Shown: positions 47,629 to 60,638 of the stretch, in pieces | Layout of the letters: each line of letters starts with the position of its first letter | Numbering within the stretch: position 1 is the stretch's first letter | Assembly (NCBI GenBank): GCA_036172245.1 | Contig: JAYWIR010000108.1 | Location: forward strand, 62,001-126,000 | Direction: 5' to 3' | DNA from: Raillietiella orientalis | Lineage: Eukaryota | DNA: 64,000 nucleotides | Program-made: the position numbers and the translations under genes | Notes under the pieces: model-generated | The model's input: only the letters and a program-made list of their open reading frames with translations | What the model was told of the DNA's origin: nothing | Databases searched by the model: none

Positions 47629-47899
47629 ATCGAACGCCTTGTGGAGATCGACTGCGAGCGCTAGGGCCCCCTCCCCCGCTCAAGGTTCCCTTTTCAGCCC
47701 GGTTGGCGGCCCCAATGTGGGGTTGCCGACTTTCCCTATCCCTTTCTCTTCTCTTCTCTGCAGGTGCACCCATGTGCTCGCGAAGAAGAGGTTGGCATCC
47801 ATACTTCGCCCGAGAACAGCATAAGTCTGCTCCGGGCTAATTACGGATTCTGCCATCTGCCCTAGACGCGAAGCACATAGCCCTGCTATCAACTTGGCG
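47629..47899 (-). mobile_element. Subfamily B1 RT fragment (AKLIAG..DLHKAFD)
   Basis: Matches 16403-16672 in reverse. Confidence 0.85.
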
Positions 47900-50173
47900 T
47901 GCGTACGTGTTTTTGTAGCGCTCCTCCGCGCCTGGTGTTAAGCGGTTGATTTCTATTGTGTTTGTGTGTGAAGCATCTGCGGTGTCCAATGGCAGAAATG
48001 CCTGAGGACACCGCGATGGATATAGGAGGGGGAGAGGCTTGCTCCTCTCCCCAAATCACGGAGGTGAGGGCAACCGCCCCCACGGAGGTGACAACAGCCG
48101 CACCCCTGACAAAAGGAGCAACCGCCGCTTCGGAAGCGAGGGCAAAGGCTCCCTTGAAAAGGGGGCCAAAGTTAAGCTGGAACAGGGTGCAACCGCCCTT
48201 TTGAAGAAGAGGACAAGCGCCTCCTTGAAAAAGGGAGCACCTGCACCCTCGAATGCGTCTTCGGCATCGCCGAAGACCTGGAGTTCAGTGGCCACAGCTC
48301 CATCTCCTGCAGCCCTCGCCGAGCAGAAAGCCTACCTTGAGCAGGGATACAAGCCGTCCCTGATATACAAGGTAGGCAATCTGTTTGTGGGGAACACCGC
48401 TCGCAACTTCGAAAGGGAGTTGCAGCGCTTGAATGTAAAAGAGGAAGACCTGGAAGGTCTTTCCGTGTTGAGTGGTGGTCAACGGGTGGAGGTGACTTGC
48501 AGAAATGCAAGCCTTGCTCAACACCTCCTGAATACGCCAATCACACTGGAAATCCGAAAGGTTTTCCCGGTAACGGAGGATCGCTCCGTGGTGACGCACC
48601 TCACGGGAGTCACCCTCCGCATGTCGAAAGCCGACGTGCATGAGGAAGTCGGAAAATACGGAACGGTTCACGCGCTATGGATTAAGCCCAACGTCTTCCA
48701 GAGTTACGGAAGACGGTTTAGTGGCATGGCTGGTGCGCGTGTAACCGTCCACGAAAACGGTGGGCTATTCCACAAACTAGACGTCGGCAACGAGACCGTA
48801 GACTGCTGGTACTTGGGGAAGCCCAAGTATTGTGCACACTGTGATGCCACAGGGCACCTGAAAAAGCGGTGCCTTCACATCCAGCGTTTCCACTGTGGAG
48901 AGAAATGCCACCTCCGCAAAGTGTCCCCGAAGCGCGAACCCCCGGCTCCCGCTGCCTTGAAAAAGGCCAAAGGGAAACGCGCGGGGGTTACGGAAAATCC
49001 TGCGAAGGCACCCGTGAGACGGAACCCACAGCCGGAGCCCGAACCCGTACAGCAAACGCCGGTCGTGGAATCTACCGACGACGCTGAAAAGAGCGAAGGC
49101 TGGCAAAAGGCGAAGCCTAAAGCTAAGAAAACAAAGAAAACCGAAGGGTCGACAGCGGAACCTGCGACGTCTCCTTTAAATAGGAGACAACGCCGCGCCT
49201 TGATCCGCGAATGTTCGGTTGGTTTGGAGCGTGTGGAGGTACCCGAGACCGCCCCCGAGGGAGATATCCCCCGCGTCAACGCCGACGATAACGCGATCAC
49301 GGAAGGCGAACTATCTGTGCAAACAGAGGGGGAACCGCGCGACGCGCTCGCCGCGATCGACGAGGCCGCCTTCCAGAAGGCAGCGGAAGAGCTCGTGGCC
49401 GAACTCGCCGACCGTGAGAACGGCGCGCGAAAGGCCTTGCGAAGGCCGGACGCGACCAGGGCATCTCCCACAGGTGACCACGACCCGGATGCCGGAAGTG
49501 CGTGCTCCTCCACGGAGGCGCCTCCGAAGAAGACGGGACGGAAGTCCAAGAATCCCAAGAGGCGCATCCCGACGAAGAGCGCGGGATACTCACCGGCAGC
49601 CGAGGGGGAAGCCGGCAGCGTGGGAACGGAGGGAGGAATTTTCCCACACTCCGCCACCGAGCAGCCGGCCACTTCCATGGAGGAGGGGGAGCAGGTAGGG
49701 TATTGCCTCTTTCTTCCACCGGTGGAGCCTGCGGCGGAGATGGTCATGGAAGAGACGGAGCAGACAGCTGAGAACCGCTCCCCCCTGCCGACCGACGTAG
49801 CCAAGGAATCGGTCCCCATGGAAGAGGGGAAGCAGGTGCGTGAAGCATGCTCCCTTCAACCGTTGCGGTCCGCCAAGGAATCGGCCCCCATGGAGGTGGG
49901 ATAACCGCTGGGCGCTGCCCCCATGCCTTTTTCCGTCCCGCCAGACCAGGTGGCGGGAGCCCCATTGCCAGTTTCTTGGGAATAACACCTGGGCTCGCCT
50001 GTCGCCGTCGATTGCGTGTATCCTGCTGGAACGTCCACGGGCTGCGCGACGACAGCAACAGACGGTACACGGCCGCCACCCTGCGTGACTTCGACCTGGC
50101 ACTCCTGCAGGAGATCCACGTGATCACCGCGGAGAACACCCAGAAAATCGAAAGGATCGCAGGGGGACGGTTG
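47900..50173 (+). mobile_element. Subfamily B2, 5' UTR-ORF1-APE N-terminus
   Basis: ORF 48039-49904 with CAHCDATGHLKKRC; WNVHG, LQEIH; cut at GGRL. Confidence 0.9.
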
Positions 50174-53100
50174 AATGTCACGCAAGTGCGCCGGGGCGTT
50201 TATTATATACTATCCTGGAACACGGTTCCCGGACAAAGGGGAAAACAAGAGACGAAGGGGATGGGATCCCCGGCACGCAGGTCGGTATGGCGAAAGTCCG
50301 GAACGGGAGGGAAGGGACCACAAACACACAACTATATAAAAAAATAAAAGAAAAATATGGAGGGCAGGAGACAGGGGTCTTTGGTAAATCCGTTCTTTCC
50401 TTTCAAAACCGGCGATGGATGCCGGCGATCTCTCTCCTTACGCCCTGTGGCAGATGGGCCCACTGGGCAGCCGACGACATGTTTGCGCTGGCTAATCCGG
50501 TGGGCTGACGAAGGATGGCCAGCTTCTCCAACTCTCGGAGGGCCTTGTCGATGGCGCGGGTGCAACACACGGTTGCAACGACAGCACCCAGAGACAGGCT
50601 GCCTGGCGTGAAGAAGCGGCGCATCAACTTTCTCGCGGTGTCCCCCTGGTGCAGAAGAGCTGAGGCCAGCCTCCGCCAGAGTCCTAGAAGTGCACCGCAG
50701 TCCAGGAGCAGGTGCGGGAGCGTTTCCGCTCCCCCGCACTGCTTACAGTTTGGGGAGACGACTCCCAAGGAAACAAGGTTCGTGCGCTGCTTGGAGTGGA
50801 AACCCCAATGCACCAGCATAATCACGTCCTGCTTCCACGAAAAGGGGAACACAGAAGTGTTTAGACACGAGGGAGAAACCACAAGTTCTTCAAGGGGCAC
50901 ACTCAAGTGTTCGCTCCTCCGAAGAAGTCCCTTCGGAACGTGGCGAGGTGTGGCGGCGTCCGCCAGCTCGCAAGTCTGCCAGCCGCCAATAGGTCGCGTT
51001 GTTCCTGCGATGCTGCAGGCGACCTCCCATCTCGCCGGTTCGCAACTGTCATCTCTTGCCCTGAGGGCTGACAGTGCGTCTTCGAGGGGGGTGACGGTTA
51101 GGCGGGTCCACTTCTCCTGGCTGTTGCACACCTCATCTACCGTGCAGTACGGGGAGAGGTGAGCGCAACGGAGTTCCAGGAGGGAAACATCCTGGTGCTT
51201 TGCCCAGCCATGCAACGGTTCCTGCTGCCAGGCTTCAAAGTTTGTTGGGCGGCAGGAGATCCATTCCTGGGCTTCCAGGAGCCGATACAGCGGTTCCAAG
51301 GGGAAACCGATGCTTCTCGTGGCGCGCTCCGTGTGCGACCGCAGCGACAGAAGTCCATCGCTGCCTGTGCAGCGCCGCAGAAGCAGGCGCGTGGGAGCGC
51401 ACCACGGAGTGGACCAAAGGTTGGCGCACAGGGCCAACATCCGAAGCTGCACCTGCAGCTCGATTCTCTCCAGCGTCAGGATGCCTAAGCCAGCATCCCG
51501 ACGCGGAGCCGCCAAGTCTTTGAGACGGATCCTGGACCTCGCAGGTCCCCACAGAGCGTTCCTTAACAGGCTGTGCGCCTGGAGCTTGGCCGAGTAGGGG
51601 GGCGGGCAAACAAAAAGCAGGGGGCGCAAGAGAGGGGCAACGAAGGTGTTCCATATCGTGGCCCGCTCCGGCAGGACGAACCTGCCATGGTGGAACGGGC
51701 TCAGGGCATTCGAAGCCTTCCGAAGGCATTCCGACCACACTTCCACTGGGCTGATGTTCCCCAGCGGAACGCCCAGATATTGCAAGGAGGAAGCGGTCAA
51801 GATCCCCAGGCGGATCCAGTCGGACTGCCCCTCCCACGCCGCACCAATAGGTACGACCACGCTCTTGCTCCGGTTGACGCTCATGCCCGCTCCCCGGCGA
51901 ATCAGCTCGAAGAAATCCTCGAGACTGGATGCCAGGGTGGTCATGGGTAAGAGGAGGAGCAGGTCGTCAGCATAGGCCGCCATTGACGGCGTTCCTGGAC
52001 AACAGCTCGGCAGGTTTGCCAGCGTCAGCCTCTACGCCCTCAGCACCAACTCAAAGAAGATGCTGAAGAGCAACGGGCTTGAGCTGTCGCCCTGCCTGAT
52101 GCTCCGCCGCACCGGCACGCCGTACACGTGGCAGCCGCTAAAAGAGATGGAAATGAGCGCGTGGCGCCAGCTAGCGCGCAAATCCGCCACGAGGTGCACC
52201 TGGAGACCGAGACGTTCCAGGAGCTCCAGCAGGAGATCCTGATTTACGCAATCGAACGCCTTGCGGAGATCGAATGCGACCGCCAAGGCTCCCGGCGCTT
52301 CCCCAGACCGAATGCAGCGACGCCTAGCCTCGGCAGCCGCATACGCGGTTGCCTGGCTGTCGTGCGCCACGCAGCGTTGCAGCTCGAGCCATGTGCGCGC
52401 GAAGAACAGGTTCGCCTCCATGGACCGCCCGGGAACAGCGTAAGACTGCTCCGGACTTACTACGCATCCAGCGATCCTGCCCAGGCGCGCGACCTACAGC
52501 CTGGAGAACAACTTGACGTCCGCATTCACCAAGGTGATGGGACGCCAGTTGCTTAAATGGCGCATGTCTGCGCCTCTCAGCAACAGACGCACCCTTGCTG
52601 AGCGAAACGAGGCCGGGACATTGGCCGTCTCTCGCATCAGCGCAGAAAGCCTCAGCACCAGGGGGATGAGTTCCGACGCGAAGCACTGGAAGAACTCCGC
52701 AAGCAGACCATCCTCACCTGGCGCCTTGCGCTTCTTGAGTCCCGCTATGGCGGAAGACACTTCTTCCGCCGTGAAGGGCAAGTCAAGAGTGGCGCGTTCC
52801 TCCTCGTCGACCGCCGGAGAATCCGCCGGCAGAAGCAGCTCCGAGAGACTGCGTTCCGTCGGCTCCAAAGCGTACAACAAGGAGTAATAGCGCTTCAGGA
52901 GGCGGCGAACTTCGGCCGCGCCCAAGCACTCCAGGCCCTGGTCGTCGAGCAGACAAGCTGCTCCTGACTGCCAGACCTGGCGCTCGGCCTTGGCCTTGTA
53001 CTCCGCAAGGTACCGGACGTCCGGGCATCGAAAGAATTGGCGGGCCTGCAGAAACTCTCTGCTGTTGGCCACGCCTTTCCCGAAGCCACGGGGAAGCAGG

Positions 53101-54915
53101 CGCAAGGGGAACCGCCTGCAGAACTCGCGGACCGATCTTTTCAGATCGTCTCAGTCCACGAGCTCTCGAACGGCAAAGGTCCGGAGATGCTGGCGGAGGT
53201 GCTCCGCAGCCACAGGATTTCTCAGCCAGTCGGCCGACAACCTCCAGACGTGCGTCGGAGGGCCCTTGCCAGGCGGGAGTAGCTCAAACTCCAGCCTGTA
53301 GTGGTCGGAAAGCTCGGACGGAACAGGACCTCTTCGACCCACCCGACAATGCAGGTGATCTTCGAGGAACACATGGTCCGGCAAAGCACGCATTCCGGGA
53401 TCGTCGGCCAGCAAATTCGAGGCGTGCACCGACGCGCACACCTTGTTCACCAGCCGTTTTTCATGGCGACGGTGACAGTCCTCCGATAGCGCGTGGACGT
53501 TGAAGTCCCCGGCTACGAGGTGAGCCACGTCGGGGCCGGAGTTGCTGAGCCAGCAGTCGCGCAGTCTCTCGAAAAACTATAGTTTCTCGGTGTGACGCGC
53601 GGAGCCGCTCGGCGCGTACACGTTCGTGACGACAAGGTTGATCGATTCGGACCACTTGGGAACAGGTTGGCCCACACGACCTTCCTCGTCGAAACAAACG
53701 CTCCGCACCGCTCCCGCCACCCTGCCTCGGACAAGGAATGCGACTCCGCAGGTATTCTGGGAGCCTGACCTCCAATGAAGCGTCCCGCATGCGCGAACTT
53801 GCAGATCGGCCGCTTGCTGCTCGGAGAGTGCGTGAATCTCCTGCAGCAGGATCAGATCGATTTCGCGCAAGACGTTGACAACCAATCGCCTCTTCTCGTT
53901 GTCCTGCAGCCCGTTGACGTTCCAACAGGTCACTCGGACGCGACGGGAAGAAGCGAGACCGCGCATTGCTGCTACGGACATGGAGGTGCGTTCCTCGCCC
54001 CGTCCGGCGAGGCATCAGCCGGGAGCATGGCGGATGAGGTAGCGCAAGCGTTTCCTGTCCCCGCCGCGCCGCTCCAGCCGGCTCGGTGGAGTCGAGGACC
54101 ATTACCTCGGGCTCCGAGGAGCATCGGGAACCGTTCCCGGCATCAGACACTTGCCTGGCAAGTTTTGGCTTGCGCGCAGCCCTGGCCTTGACCGGGGCTT
54201 GGCGAGCCATAGCGCTGCCCTCGGACTCCACCTCGGAGTGCGAATTGCGCGCGCGCGGCGGCGGGCGTTTCGCCTGCCTCTTTGTTTGCTGGCAGCCCAG
54301 AGCTGGTCCAGCACTCTTAGAGGGTGCCTTCGTCGCCGATCCCCCTTTCGGTGTCACGGCTTCGGCAGCTCCCCTCTCGCCGCGGGTGTTTGCGGCAACG
54401 CGCGCGGCGGCAGCAGAGGCTTTTCCTTGCGCCTTTCAGGACGCGCGGGGTTGCCCCTTCACCCTGCCTACCTTTTTGATCGGGAAGTGGGAAGGATCGC
54501 GCTGTTTGCGCTCCTTCTTTCCCCCGACGAAGGTCCAGCCATCCTCGCCGCCTTCCTGTTTCCCCGGTTGTGCGCGAGGGCTTACAGGGTCCTTCGCATC
54601 CTTTCCAAGGCTTCGGATACGGAGATGGAGGCCAGTGTCTCCTTCGCCACATCTGCCTTCTGCACCTCCTTACTGGGAGGTGCGGGCACAGTGGCGGGAT
54701 TCTCGGGTGTCGCGCGAGTCTTTTCAGCCTTTGCTGGCGTTCCGCCCGCCGTGGCCGGCTTGTTTGTCGCGGGCAAAGGGGTGCGCGACTTCTTTTTCGA
54801 CGCTCCGGTGGTCTTCCCGGGCGTGCCACCGTTATTTCGCTCCGGAGCGAGAGCGGACGAAAGCGGCGGTGGTTTTGCAGCCTGCCCGATGTTTTTGCCT
54901 GTTTTTGCAGCCTGC
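50174..54915 (-). mobile_element. Subfamily D, ORF1 tail through 3' UTR
   Basis: Collinear APE, RT (YADD), CKQCGGAETLPHLLLDC; several stops. Confidence 0.92.
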
Positions 54916-57179
54916 ATTTAATACACCAATCACACTAGAAGGCCGAAAGGTTTTCCCGGAAACGGAGGATGGCTCCGTGGTGATGCACCTCATGGGAGTC
55001 AACCTCCGCATTTCAAAAGCCGACGTGCAGGAGGAACTCGGAAAATACGGAACGGTTCACGCGCTATGGACCAAGCTCAACGTCTTCCAGAGTTACGGAA
55101 GACTGTTTAGTAGCATGGCAGGTGCGCGTGTAACCGTCCACGAAAACGGTGAGCTACCCCACAAACTAGACGTCGGCAACGAGACCGTCGACGTCTGGTA
55201 CGTGGACAAGCCCAACTACTGTTGACACTGTGATGCCACAGGGCACCTGAAAAAGCGGTGCTCTAACATCCAGTGTTTCCACTGTGGAGAGAAGGGCCAC
55301 CTCTGCAAAGTGTCCCCGAAGCGCGAACCCCCGGCTCCCGCTGCCTTGAGAAAGGCCAAAGGGAAACGCGCGGGGGTTACGGAAAATCCTGCGAAGGCAC
55401 CCGTGAGACGGAACCCACAGCCGGAGCCCGAACCCGTACAGCAAACGCCGGTCGTGGAATCTACCGACGACGCTGAAAAGAGCGAAGGCTGGCAAAAGGC
55501 GAAGCCTAAAGCTAAGAAAACAAAGAAAACCGAAGGGTCGACAGCGGAACCCGCGACGTCTCCTTTAAATAGGAGACAACGCCGCGCGTTGATCCGCGAA
55601 TGTTCGGTCGCTTTGGAGCTTGTGGAGGTACCCGAGACAGCCATCGGGGCCGATATCCCCTGCGTCGATGCCTACGAGAACGCGATCACGGAAGGCGAAC
55701 TACCTGTGCAAACAGAGGGGGAACCGCGCGACGCGCTCGCCGCGATCGACGAGGCCGCCTTCCACCAGGCGGCCGAAGAGCTTGCGGCCAAATTCGCCGA
55801 CCGTGAGAACGGCGCGCCAAAGGCCTTGCGAAGGCCGGCCGCGACCAGGGCATCTCCAACAGGCGAGCACGACCCGGATGCCGGAAGTGCGTGCTCCTCC
55901 ACGGAGGCGCCTCCGAAGAAGACGGGACGGAAGTCCAAGAATCCCAAGAGGCGCATCCCGACGAAGAGCGCGGGATACTCACCGGCAGCCGAGGGGGAAG
56001 CCGGCAGCGTGGGAACGGAAGGAGGAATTTTCCCACACTCCGCCACCGAGCAGCCGGCCACTTCCATGGAGGAGGAGGGGGAGCAGGTAGGGCATTGCCT
56101 CCCCGTTCCACCGGTGGAGCCTGCGGAGGAGATGGTCATGGAATAGGCGGAGTAGACAGGTGAGAACCGCTCCACCCTGCCGACCGACGCAGCCAAGGAA
56201 TCGGTCCCCATGGAAGAGGGGAAGCAGGTGCGTGAAGCATGCTCCCTTCAACCGTTGCGGTCCGCCAAGGAATCGGCCCCCATGGAGGTGGGAGAACCGC
56301 TGGGCGGTGCCCTCATGCCTCCATCCGTCACGCCCGACCAGGTGGCGGGAGCCCCATTGCCAATTTCCCGGGAATAACACCTGGGCTCGCCTGTCGCCGT
56401 CGATTGCGTGTGGCCTGCTGGAACGTCCACGGGCTGCGCGACGACAGCAACAGACGGGACACGGACGCCAGCCTGCGTGACTTCGACCTGGCACTCCTGG
56501 AGGAGATCCACGTGATCACCAGGGAAAACGCCCAGGAGATCGAGAGGATCGCAGGGGGGCGGCTGGTGTGTCAATGCGGCACCCGATACAGCTGCGGCGT
56601 CGCGTTTTTCATGAAGCCGGCGATCGACGCTGCCGTGAAAAGCGTGCGCTTCGACGAAGCCGGTCGTGTCGGCCAGCTGATTCTCAGGTGGTCCGACACG
56701 ATCGACCTCGTCGTAACAAACGTATACGCCCCGAGCGGTTATAACGGGTACCGGGAACGCGCGGCGTTCCTGGAAAGCCTGAAGCACGACTGGCTGGTGG
56801 AAGCGAACGTGCGCGTGGCTCACCTGATAGCGGGAGACTTCAATCTCTGCCTGCTATCAGGTGATCCACGCACACAGGAACGGACGGTTAACAAGTTTTG
56901 CGCTGCCATGCGCACGCGCAACTTGTAAGGGGAACTCCCGGAAATGGTCAGCAGCATCGACCACGTCTTCCTGGACGTAGACCTGTGCTCGCGGGTAGGC
57001 AAACGTGGGAAAGTTGCGTCGGAACTGTCTGACCATTCCAAATTGATATTCGAGGTGTGCCCGCGCGACAAGGGACCCCCGTCCAGGGTGTGACGGTTGC
57101 CTGGGGACTGGACGCGTTTCTTAGATGCGAAGGAACACCTTCGCGAATTCCTGAGAGGCGTCACCTTCCGGAATCTCGC
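54916..57179 (+). mobile_element. Subfamily B2, part of ORF1 and APE
   Basis: Near-identical to 48530-50173; APE continues to FRNL. Confidence 0.9.
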
Positions 57180-60100
57180 TTGAATCCCGGGTGCGCCGGG
57201 ACGTTTGTTCTCACGAATGAACCTATATAATCTGTGACTGGACCAGTAGTCCAGCCACGCCCTGGAAAGATATGCTTGCCGGGCTACCGGTGCGCAGACC
57301 AACGCGGTCGACCTCGGCAGCAGAGGGGAGGGGTAACGAAACAAAAAGAAAACAAAAAAATAAACAAAAATCAGGGAGGGAGCGGGAAGGGATCACAGTC
57401 TGCTGGGAGGGTCCGTCATCCTCTGGAGGATGCCGGCAAGCTGCTTCTGCGTGTGTGGTTCCAGGTGGGGCCATCGCGTCGCCATCCTGAAGAAACGGTC
57501 GGCACACACGTTGGCATCCCTGTCGCTGGATCCTCCCGTCGCTTTGCTCCATGCCACGACGATCCGGCGTAGGCAGCACAGGGCTGCATTCGAGGCCGCT
57601 GGAGGTAGGGCGTAATGGACGAAGAGGGGGCGCAAAGCGTTTCTGGGGTTGCCTTTGGGAATCCCCAGGGCTGCGGCAAAGCGTTCCCACAAGGGACGGA
57701 GGGCAACACAATCCACTAACAGGTGGGGGAGGTATTCCCTCTCCCCGCATCTGACAAAATTAGGGTTGACACTCCCCCGCGTCCAGTGGTGTCTCCGGGC
57801 GTTGCAAGGAAGTCCCCAATGAAACACCAGCAGTGCCGACTGTTGCCACTTCATGGGGAGGGGGTGCGAGTCCATGAGCACCGAGGGCCATTCGAGATGT
57901 TCCTCTGGAACACCCAGTAGCTCTACCCAGCGCAAGAGTCCATTTGGGGTGGTCCTCGGGGTCGCAGCGTTGGTGAGCTGACCTGTTCTCCAATCCCCGA
58001 TCATCTTTGCCCTGCTGGCGATCTTGAGAGTGACCTCCTATTGTGCTGCGACGTCGCTGCCCAGATGTTCCCGTAGGGTAGGCAGTACCGCAGCAAGGGA
58101 TGTTCTTTCTGCCCACGCCCTCCTTCGGGGATCCTCGATGATTTCTCGGAGCGTGCGGTGGGCATGAGGCTCGAACAGAGCTATTCGCTCGTGTTGCGGG
58201 CTCTGCTCCTGAATCATCGCCCACGTGCGCACGGTTTCCTGCAGCCAGGCAGAACCGTTTGCGGGGCGTACGTGGATCCGCGCCAAGTTGTCCCTCACGA
58301 GCTTGGCCGCCCTCCGAAGTTGAAGTCCGCAGTGGCAGATGCGGCTTCGGAGTGCAAAGTAGGACGAGAGTCCCGCATTGCCGGTGGCCCGCTCGACGAG
58401 GAGACGTGCAGGGAGGCACCAAGGGGTGCACCAATGTTCTGCCATAAAGGCGACAACTCGGAACTGGAGCTGTAGCTCCAGCCGCTCCAACGTCAGGAGG
58501 CCCAGACCACCATCCCGACGAGGAGCGCACAAGTCCGAAAGACGGATTCGGGGCCTCCCTCTGCCCCAAAGGGCGATCCTCAGGAGGTCCTTCGTCCTCT
58601 TCTTTGACTCCGCTGAGGGGGGGCAAACAAAAAGCAAGGGGCGAAGGATGGGAGCCGCAAACGCGTTCCACGCCGCGGCCCGTTCCTGCAGGTAGAACCT
58701 GCCGTCCTGGAACGGGCCGATCGCCGCCTGAGCCTTCTGAAGGCAGCCGCATCACGCTTCCGCAGGGGAGTAGTCTTTCAACGGCACACCAAGGTACTTG
58801 AAGTACTTCACCGTGGGGATCCCCAAACGGACCCAGTCCTGCTGCCCTGCCCACGCCGCTCCGACTGGCATTACGCACGACTTCGCCCTGTTCACCGTAA
58901 GTCCAGTTCCACGACTCAGCAGGTCGAAGAAGTCCTCGACCGATGAGGCCGGGGTGGACATAGGCAGCAGCAGCAGAAGATCGTACGCGTACGCCGAAAC
59001 CCCAGGCGTACCGGAACAATCGCACGGCAGGTGTACCAGAGTCTCCCTGTATGCTCTCAGCACCAATTCCAAATAGGCCCTGAAGAGCAAGGGGCTGAGG
59101 CTGTCTCCCTGCCGTATGCTGCGTCGCACCGGTACGCCGTACACGTTTGATCCAGTAAAAAAAACATTAATAAGCGCCTCGCGCCAGCTAGAGCTCAAGT
59201 AGGCCAGAAAAGAGGCCAAGAAGCCCAAACGTTCCAGAAGCTCCAAAAGGAGATTCTGATCGACGCAATCGAATGCTTTATGCAAATCGACTGCGACCGC
59301 CAGGGCTCCTCTCCCCTCCCGACCCTCCCGTCCCTTACCGACGGACGCACCGGAATTCCGGTTGCTTATTATGCTCCTTCCTTGTTGGAGCTCTATCCAT
59401 GTGGAAGCGCTGAACAGGTTCGCCTCCATACTTCGCCCGGGGACCGCATATGTCTGTTCGGAGCTGATGAAGACGTTGGCGACCCGTCCCAGGCGCTCTG
59501 CCCACAGCTTGGCTAGCAACTTGGCGTCCGCATTCACTGTTGTGATGAAACGCCAGTTGTTCATGCTCTTAAGTTCTCCTCCCTTAGGGAGGAGCCGCAT
59601 CTTTGCTGAACGAAACGAGGTGGGAACGTCACCTGTTTCGCGGATCAGCAAGGTGAGCTGATGTACCAGAGGAGTAACCTCTGCCGCCAAAGTTTGGTAA
59701 AACTCCGCAGGCAGGCCGTCACCCCCTGGAGCCTTTCGTCTCTTGAGCTTTCCGATGGCCGAGATGATCTCGCCCATCGTAAAAGGCTCGTCGAGGTTCC
59801 TTTTCTCCTTCTCCCCGATTTCTGGAGCACCTTCCGGAAGCAGGAGTCGTGAGACAGCATGCTCCGAAGGCGCCCTAACGTACAGGGAGGAGTAAAATTT
59901 CCTCAGTATCCCGCGTTTCTGAGCGGGAACCGAGTGCTCCCGGCCCTGGTCCTCCAGCAAGCTGACCGACCCGGATTGCCAGGCTTGCCTCTCGGCTCCC
60001 GCTCGATACTCTGCTAACCTGCGCATGTCGGGGGTTCTCGCGTAACGGCGGGCGTGAAGATGACACCTTTCGTTACGCGGCCCCTCCCCAACTCCCTCTC
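57180..60100 (-). mobile_element. Subfamily C, linker-RT-3' UTR
   Basis: Closely similar to 10217-13130. Confidence 0.92.
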
Positions 60101-60630
60101 CTGGAGAGCGGACGTGTTTTTCCGGCGCTCCGCGAACGAGCAGCGGAAAGCGGTTTTTTTGGTTCTGTGTGTGCTTTTTCACATCGTTGGTGTCCGATGG
60201 CATCGCTGCCAGAGGACGCCACGATGGAGATAGGCGTGAGGGAGGCTAGCCCCCCCCCACGACCTACAGAATCAGGGACACCCGCTCCGGAATCGCCCTC
60301 GTCGCCCAAGACGAGCAGCTGGAGCGCCATGGTCGTCGCGCCGAGCGCGGAAACCTTGCCTGAGCAAGCGGCCTACAGGGCCTCCGGATATAAACCATCC
60401 CTGGTTTATAAGGTAGGAAACCTGTTCGACGGTCGCACCGCGCGTGCTTTTAGCAAGGCACTACAGGAATTCCCCGTGCGTGAAAAGGATCTCGACGGCC
60501 TCGCCGTACTCAGCGGAAGACAATGCGTGGAGGTCGTCTGCAAAGACGTAGCCCTAGCGCAGCGCCTCTTCAACACTTCGCTGAATGTGGCTGGCCGAAA
60601 GATCCTACCCGTTAGCATGGATCCTACCCG
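60101..60630 (+). mobile_element. B1-like 5' UTR and ORF1 N-terminus
   Basis: GGACGTGTTTTT at 60110; ORF1 similar to 36153 onward. Confidence 0.88.
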
Positions 60631-60638
60631 ATTTCATG

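Noticed and set aside
48530..57179. Reading the two B2 copies flanking the D element as LTRs or a giant TSD
   Set aside because: They are coding ORF1-APE segments of unequal extent; separate copies or a local duplication is simpler.
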